44,849 nucleotides of DNA from Dehalococcoidales bacterium (GTDB lineage Bacteria > Chloroflexota > Dehalococcoidia > Dehalococcoidales > RBG-16-60-22): contig JAQTQH010000005.1 of NCBI GenBank assembly GCA_028712355.1, forward strand, positions 1-44,849, written 5' to 3'. The notes below the pieces were generated by a model. The model worked only from the letters and a program-made list of their open reading frames with translations. It was not told the DNA's origin and did not search any database. This document shows positions 42,412 through 44,849 of this stretch, piece by piece; position 1 is the first letter of the stretch; each line of letters starts with the position of its first letter. A program made the translations under genes and the position numbers.

Positions 42412-42915
42412 ATGATAAAACGGTTAGTCTTATGGATATTGATAATTGCTGCTCTGGTAGGTATTACCGGTTGCTCTTCAAATAATAGTGCGGACAGCAA
42501 TACCGCCGCGGACTTTACTGTGCGCGGCCTAGATGGCAAGGCGGTAACTTTCAGTCAGATGCGCGGGCATCCGATTTTGCTAAATTTCTGGGCGACATGG
42601 TGCCCTCCCTGCCGCGCCGAGATGCCTTTTCTCGATGAAATCTACCGGGATAAACAATGGTCTGACCGCGGACTGGTCATCATGGCAATCAGCAGCGGGG
42701 AACCGGAGGAGACCATCGCTCAATACGTAAAGGAAAACGGGCTTTTTTTGCCGGTTTATCAGGATATAACGCACAAAGTAAGTAATGATTACCGCATCCA
42801 GTATCTGCCCACCACGTTTTTCATTGATAAAAATGGTATAATCAAGAGTATCAAGATTGGTGCCTTTGCCAGCAAGCAGGAAATCGAAAGCGGCTTGGCG
42901 CGGATTACTCAGTAG
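42412..42915 (+). CDS. TlpA/ResA-like thioredoxin-fold lipoprotein
   Basis: It has a lipobox (LVGITGCSS) and the active site WATWCPPC. It is paired with ccdA upstream. An alternative GTG start exists at 42400. Confidence 0.85.
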   Translation: MIKRLVLWILIIAALVGITGCSSNNSADSNTAADFTVRGLDGKAVTFSQMRGHPILLNFWATWCPPCRAEMPFLDEIYRDKQWSDRGLVIMAISSGEPEETIAQYVKENGLFLPVYQDITHKVSNDYRIQYLPTTFFIDKNGIIKSIKIGAFASKQEIESGLARITQ

Positions 42916-42928
42916 AGAAGGGGAGTTC

Positions 42929-43249
42929 ATGGGAGATATTCTCAATGAAGCTTACGGGATAGTCCAGTGCAAGGAGTGTCCCTGGTATAAAAGCTGCGCT
43001 ACCCCGATGAAATTCACCGCGGAGGATATCCGCCGCCAGATGGAGTCTGGCGTACCGAGTGCCAGTATCCCGCCACAGCAGGTTGACTTGGGGATGCAGA
43101 ATCTGCTTGCCAGCATGGCGACGGCGGCGCAGAACTCGCTGCTGGAAGCTTGTCCCATCTTCATTGAGCGCCTGCGCAGTAATCCCCGATTAGCCCAGCG
43201 ACTTAAAGAAATTATGCAGCACTGGAGCGAGGAGCCCTCGCAGAGCTAG
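42929..43249 (+). CDS. Hypothetical small Cys-containing protein (106 aa)
   Basis: ATG at 42929 follows GAAGGGGAG. CKECPWYKSC and a later ACP are present. I recognise no family. Confidence 0.4.
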   Translation: MGDILNEAYGIVQCKECPWYKSCATPMKFTAEDIRRQMESGVPSASIPPQQVDLGMQNLLASMATAAQNSLLEACPIFIERLRSNPRLAQRLKEIMQHWSEEPSQS

Positions 43250-43920
43250 CCGGGTTTATTTGCCAGCTCGACCAGACGTCGGAAGCTAGCGGCAGGGTCG
43301 GGTTGCAGAAAAATCGCGCTGCCCACGTAGATCACATCCACACCGCTCCGCGCAATATCCGCGATATTTCCTTCTTTGATGCCTCCATCGATGCCCGTCT
43401 CACAGCCCGGCTGAGCCTCCCGGAATTTTCGGATTTTGTCCAGTACCTCAGGGATAAATTTAGCGCCGTAAAAGCCGGGATTGACCGAAAGGAATAGCAC
43501 GCTGTCCACTTCGGGGACCAGCGGCATCACAGCAGAGATTGGTGTTTCCGGATTCAGGGCGATACCCGCCTGCAGACCTATTTCACGGATTTCCCTGACG
43601 AGTTTTTGCGGCGACGGTGTTGCTTCGTAATGAAAGACAATCTTTCTTGCGCCCGCTTTACGGAAGCCTTCAAAACAGTCTTCCGGCTGCGCGACCATAA
43701 GGTGAACTTCCCAGTCCAATCCGGGAGAGAGGCGCTGTATATCCTGCCAGACGATGCTTCGCGAGGGGACGAATTTACCATCCATAATATCGAACTGGGC
43801 ATAATGGGTAAAACTTTCCGTCTGGCGCACCAGAGCTTCCAGAGTTTGAGGATTATCGGTAAGGATAGCCGGCACCACCTGTTTATTTTGACGCATCATG
43901 CCTCCATGTAGACTATTCAA
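43246..43920 (-). CDS. Ribulose-phosphate 3-epimerase family protein (divergent)
   Basis: VPAIL.., FDIMDGKFVP, VHLMV, SVNPGF.G, IDGGI and GSAIF align to Rpe motifs. However, the first HxDxMD histidine is Q, and GFGGQ is GFYGA. The start codon is uncertain; Met residues cluster at the N-terminus. Confidence 0.65.
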   Translation of the reverse strand: MNSLHGGMMRQNKQVVPAILTDNPQTLEALVRQTESFTHYAQFDIMDGKFVPSRSIVWQDIQRLSPGLDWEVHLMVAQPEDCFEGFRKAGARKIVFHYEATPSPQKLVREIREIGLQAGIALNPETPISAVMPLVPEVDSVLFLSVNPGFYGAKFIPEVLDKIRKFREAQPGCETGIDGGIKEGNIADIARSGVDVIYVGSAIFLQPDPAASFRRLVELANKPG

Positions 43921-44150
43921 AAAAATATGCTTTAGAATAACTTACCCTTGCTATTCTAGGTATGAATTACTCGTGGTGTCAAGAAATACCAGTACTTTCT
44001 AACCCCTGACCAAGGTCATTTCTTTATAATAAGTTAATCATATCTTTATGAAATATTTATGCTCTTTATTACTGCTTTAACGATTCAGTGTCAGAATGAC
44101 AATAGGATGTACTCAATCAAACGAACGGCGCGGAGGCTCCGGCATTGAAA

Positions 44151-44423
44151 ATGGCTTTTGGTTTTCTTACCGGCGTTCTGGTCTGCTGCCTGCTATTATT
44201 CAGCCTGCAGGTGGTAGCACCTTTGTTCGCTCAGGAAGAGGATTCCGAATCGGATAACTTCAGCCTCGTAAAGTTACTCCCTAATTTCGAAAAAATCTAC
44301 AAAGACGCGCTGGCGATGCCTTTTCAGGAAGCCGAGAAAAAAATCTACGACGATGATGTTGCCCGATTTTACCATCTGCTCATGGGCAAGACCGCGTTGG
44401 ACAAAGGCAGCGACGACCAATAA
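44151..44423 (+). CDS. Small secreted hypothetical protein
   Basis: It carries a signal-peptide-like N-terminus (MAFGFLTGVLVCCLLLFSLQVVAPLFAQ), then an acidic mature part. A hairpin follows the stop. Confidence 0.4.
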   Translation: MAFGFLTGVLVCCLLLFSLQVVAPLFAQEEDSESDNFSLVKLLPNFEKIYKDALAMPFQEAEKKIYDDDVARFYHLLMGKTALDKGSDDQ

Positions 44424-44673
44424 AAAGTGGGAGTTACTTTCGCAACTCCCACTAACAAGGTTTATTTCCCGGGACTTAACTCACTCTCGGTGTTCATCAC
44501 CAAATCAGGTCTTGAATCAGTCAGACCTCTTTTCAGTACTGAGTCAGGTCCGGGTTCCGCCTGCCTTGCCCACACGGCAAGGCATCAACTGTCCACCTGC
44601 CGGACTCCGAAAAATACCAGAAGCCACATTCTGCACCTCCTCAACCAGTATTCTGTTGGTACCGAGGGCTTCT
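44421..44673 (-). ncRNA. Candidate ~250-nt structured small RNA of unknown class
   Basis: The 355-nt ORF-free gap contains several strong hairpins. On the minus strand there is TTGACA (44708..44703) - 17 nt - TGgTAATTA (44688..44680). At the other end a 10-bp hairpin (44426-44453) is followed by UUUUUA on the minus strand. Confidence 0.3.
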
Positions 44674-44778
44674 GCTTACTAATTACCACTTCTAAAATGA
44701 TTTGTCAATACCCCGGAAACCTGGCAAAGTACAATCGTTCCCCCGATTTAGGCACTCTATTAAGTAAGGAGGAAAGGC

Positions 44779-44849
44779 ATGATTATTTTTAAGGATAGAC
44801 TACCTGATATTATTGTAGGTTTTGCCAATGGAATGATACTGTCAACAGT
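44779..44849 (+). CDS. Hypothetical protein, N-terminal fragment (runs off the window)
   Basis: ATG lies 6 nt after AAGGAGG. The fragment reads MIIFKDRLPDIIVGFANGMILST... Confidence 0.4.
   Translation, partial: MIIFKDRLPDIIVGFANGMILST

Noticed and set aside
43921-44144. The AT-rich 224-nt spacer with the small palindrome TGACC-AA-GGTCA, considered as a tRNA, sRNA or operator site.
   Set aside because: There is no cloverleaf or T-loop (GTTCGA) signature and no terminator. The palindrome is short enough to be chance. The region is most likely just the promoter region for rpe and the small secreted-protein gene.
44543-44553. The plus-strand 11-mer GTCAGGTCCGG is identical to the start of the conserved SRP (4.5S/scRNA) domain IV sequence GUCAGGUCCGGAAGGAAGCAGC.
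   Set aside because: The sequence continues GTTCCGCCTGCC rather than AAGGAAGCAGC. The GNRA tetraloop and the conserved asymmetric/symmetric loops are therefore absent, and the region folds as an ordinary hairpin. The match is most likely chance.
44460-44660. Possible TPP or cobalamin riboswitch, based on ACCUGAU followed by a hairpin on the minus strand and the nearby cobS/cobC genes.
   Set aside because: There is no CUGAGA...ACCC pairing and no closing AGGGA for TPP. There is no GGGAA/GGUGAAAAUCC/GCCACUG core or B12 box for cobalamin. No downstream minus-strand gene is available to be regulated.

Overview
Dense bacterial chromosomal window with about 50 genes, no rRNA or tRNA, no CRISPR array and no obvious mobile element. 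Core genes such as rny-ymdB, recA-recX, mutS2, NAD-dependent ligA, pth, eno, gap and rsmE show the organism is a bacterium. The accessory content is strictly anaerobic: hdrCBA, a methanogen-type sulfide-to-homocysteine cluster, cobS/cobC, and type III CoA-transferases with acyl-CoA dehydrogenases. This is compatible with a Chloroflexota/Dehalococcoidia-like organism, but that is only an inference.

Findings, most interesting first:
1. A four-gene module at 21.3-26.8 kb. Two paralogous tubulin/CetZ-type GTPases, not FtsZ-type, each end in an FtsZ-like DIPSLL tail. They bracket a 719-aa protein built from phase-perfect 25-residue helical repeats and a 171-aa helical protein. Each of the four genes has its own near-consensus promoter.
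2. An unannotated selenocysteine glutaredoxin-like gene with a UPYC active site (in-frame TGA plus a SECIS-like hairpin), translationally coupled to a thioredoxin-reductase-like flavoprotein next to hdrCBA.
3. A 17-unit, 27-nt in-frame tandem array with a 216-nt higher-order duplication, inserted in the HhH domain of ligA.
4. mutS2 followed by a Vms1/VLRF1-like putative peptidyl-tRNA hydrolase, suggesting a ribosome-rescue pair.
5. A Cas4/AddB-like nuclease whose conserved N-terminus can only be translated from a non-canonical ATC start.
6. A roughly 250-nt structured non-coding region at the right end, with its own promoter-like and terminator-like signals on the minus strand.

All family assignments come from motif recognition by eye. 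No database search was run.
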